A stretch of 64,000 nt of DNA from Eledone cirrhosa. Lineage: Eukaryota. The stretch spans positions 193,440,001 through 193,504,000 of the forward strand of contig OZ024743.1 of NCBI GenBank assembly GCA_964016885.1, read 5' to 3'. This document shows positions 61,939-64,000 of this stretch, one piece after another (positions within the stretch are counted from its first letter, which is position 1; each line of letters begins with the position of its first letter). The notes beneath the pieces are model-generated. The model did no database searches. It had not been told where the DNA came from and worked only from the letters and a program-made list of their open reading frames with translations. A program made the translations under genes and the position numbers.

Positions 61939-63389
61939 CTGAAATATTTAACAAGAGTTATCAATGTAGACATTCTCTGCTAATTAGGAGACATAACAAA
62001 GATATATTATTAAGTACTTCTGTTGGTTTCTATTGCCTAGATTAAGATTGGGGTCATTAGACTAATATGTATGTATGTATGTATGTATGTATGTTCAAAC
62101 TGGCTGCTCATGCTTATGTTAAGGTATTGTTCTCAAAATAAATGATATCAAAATCTCATAGATTCAATATTATGTGAAATAAATATGTAAGATAAAGACT
62201 TCACCACAAAAATAACATAGTATATATAGAGCAATGTAAATGTTAAAAAGTTAATCCTTTAGTATTTACATTCATCATTATCATCATCGGTTAACGTCCA
62301 CTTTCCATGCTAGTATAGCAGTAAAGGCTTTATCTCACATAATATCGAATCTATGAATTTTTGATGATGTTATGATTTATTTTGACACCAGTAAACTATT
62401 AAAATGAGTGGTTTTGATTCATAGAACCAGAGCCAGTTTTGGCTGGGTTGGTATCAAAAGGATTAAATTACTGAGCATATTATAAAAAATGTTGATTGTT
62501 TATAAATACAGCAAATTTAAAACAAAACTAATCTTTCAATCACAAAAATAATGTTATTAAACTATAGTACATGAGTATAAAACATTCATAGCTTAAACAT
62601 TTAAAATTCTTAAACTCTTTTGTGACTATATTTCTAATAAGAATACACTACCTATATTTGTCTAATAATTTTCAAAATAACCTAGGGTTTGGAAAGATTC
62701 AGTAATATAACTAACATCATTATTAAATTTGAATTTGGAACATAACTTAACAAAGGACTCTTACATAAATTATAATCTAAAATATCTAAATAAATATAAA
62801 CACAACATAAAGCACCATGTACACTCTGCATGATTGTTGGCATTAAGAAAGGCATCCACTAATAGAAAACTAAGCTAAAGACAGATTGTATGAGCAAGCT
62901 GTAGTCACCTGATCTGTTTGGTCTCATATCATGACAGCCTGTCTAACCCATGCAAGATTGGGTTAGATGGTGGGGATGATAAATATTTTAAAATAAACTG
63001 GTTGGTATCAGAGCCAGGCCTAGTGGTTAGGGTGTTGAACCTATGATTATAATGTTGTGGGTTCAATTCTTAGACTGGGTTGTGTGTTGTTTTCTTGAGC
63101 AAGACACCTCATTTAAAACAATATTCCAGAATATTCAGCTGTAAATGAGTACCAGCAGCAGTAGATAGGGATTTAACCCTGTGATGGACTAGCATTCTGT
63201 CCAGGGGAGAATCTTATACTCTCAGTCACTTAATGCCAAGTAAATCAGAATAAGCACCAGCTTAATGGTGCAGTTACAGGCAGGTGGTTTAATTATGAAA
63301 GACTTAAAATAATTACTCTATGTAAAAGAAAAAAAAAATGCTGATTTAATAAAAATAAAAGAAGCAAATTTAATAAAAAAGTGAATTAC

Positions 63390-64000
63390 CTTGCAACCAC
63401 CTTAATAATAGGATCACCAACTGTCAGATTGTAAGGAACAGCAGAGAAATAGTAGGTCTTTTCAAATTGTGGTGGATTATCATTATCGTCAATTACATTG
63501 ATAACAACTAGACTTTCTGAAGAACGTGAAGGTACACCGAGATCAGTTGCTACGACTGTTAATTCATGGTGATTGTAAAGACTGCTATTATCATAATGAA
63601 GCTGTTGGATTGTAAATAGTTCACCGGTTTTATCAGTAATATTGAACAGTGATGATGGCATTTTCAGTGAATAATAAAATTTATTATTTGGTGATGTTTT
63701 ATCCTGGTCTCTTGCCATGACTTTACCCACATGTATTGGGGGAACTTGAAGTTCAGATATTTCAAACATAAAAATTGACATAGTGAACTGTGGTTGATTA
63801 TCATTAATATCTGTAACTTTAATGGTTACATAAGTACTTGTTTCATGAGAGCTAGCCCGAGCTGCTACTTTTAGTTTGTGGTACTCCTTTTTCTCAACAT
63901 CCAAAACTGCTCTCACGGATATATTGCCACTAAGAGGATCTAAAGAGAATTTGTTACCAGAATTTCTTAAAAGTGCATAAGTAACTTCTGCATTTTCACC
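63390..64000 (-). CDS. FAT4: Fat/FAT4 exon, cadherin repeats (starts before window end)
   Basis: DINDNQPQF, ARDQD, ATDLG, DDNDNPPQF cadherin motifs; donor GTAAT after 63390. Confidence 0.9.

Overview
Eukaryotic, AT-rich, microsatellite- and retroposon-dense genomic DNA. It is most consistent with an octopus or other coleoid cephalopod; this is inferred from the repeat landscape, not proven. The window holds the 3' parts of two convergent multi-exon genes. ARMC3 lies on + (14 coding exons, 1-23820; ARM repeats plus a C-terminal EDR1-like domain). A Fat/FAT4 giant cadherin lies on - (10 coding exons, 64000-44113; cadherin repeats, EGF, 2 LamG, TM, conserved cytoplasmic tail ending EEYV). Every exon was joined by hand with GT-AG boundaries and consistent phase. 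Introns and the 20-kb intergenic region contain 5'-truncated RTE LINEs with a PHD finger inside the RT, several tRNA-derived SINE families, CR1- and CRE-like fragments, MITEs, a Helitron-like element and many microsatellites. Two unannotated systems stand out. (1) Short fold-back palindromes inserted in (TA)n tracts, from several unrelated sequence families, carry type I hammerhead ribozymes preceded by their own antisense copy (Penelope-like pLTR remnants). (2) A hAT-like non-autonomous element in a downstream ARMC3 intron has captured an inverted ~95%-identical copy of an upstream ARMC3 exon and its splice acceptor, giving a built-in antisense / editing-complementary sequence in the same pre-mRNA.
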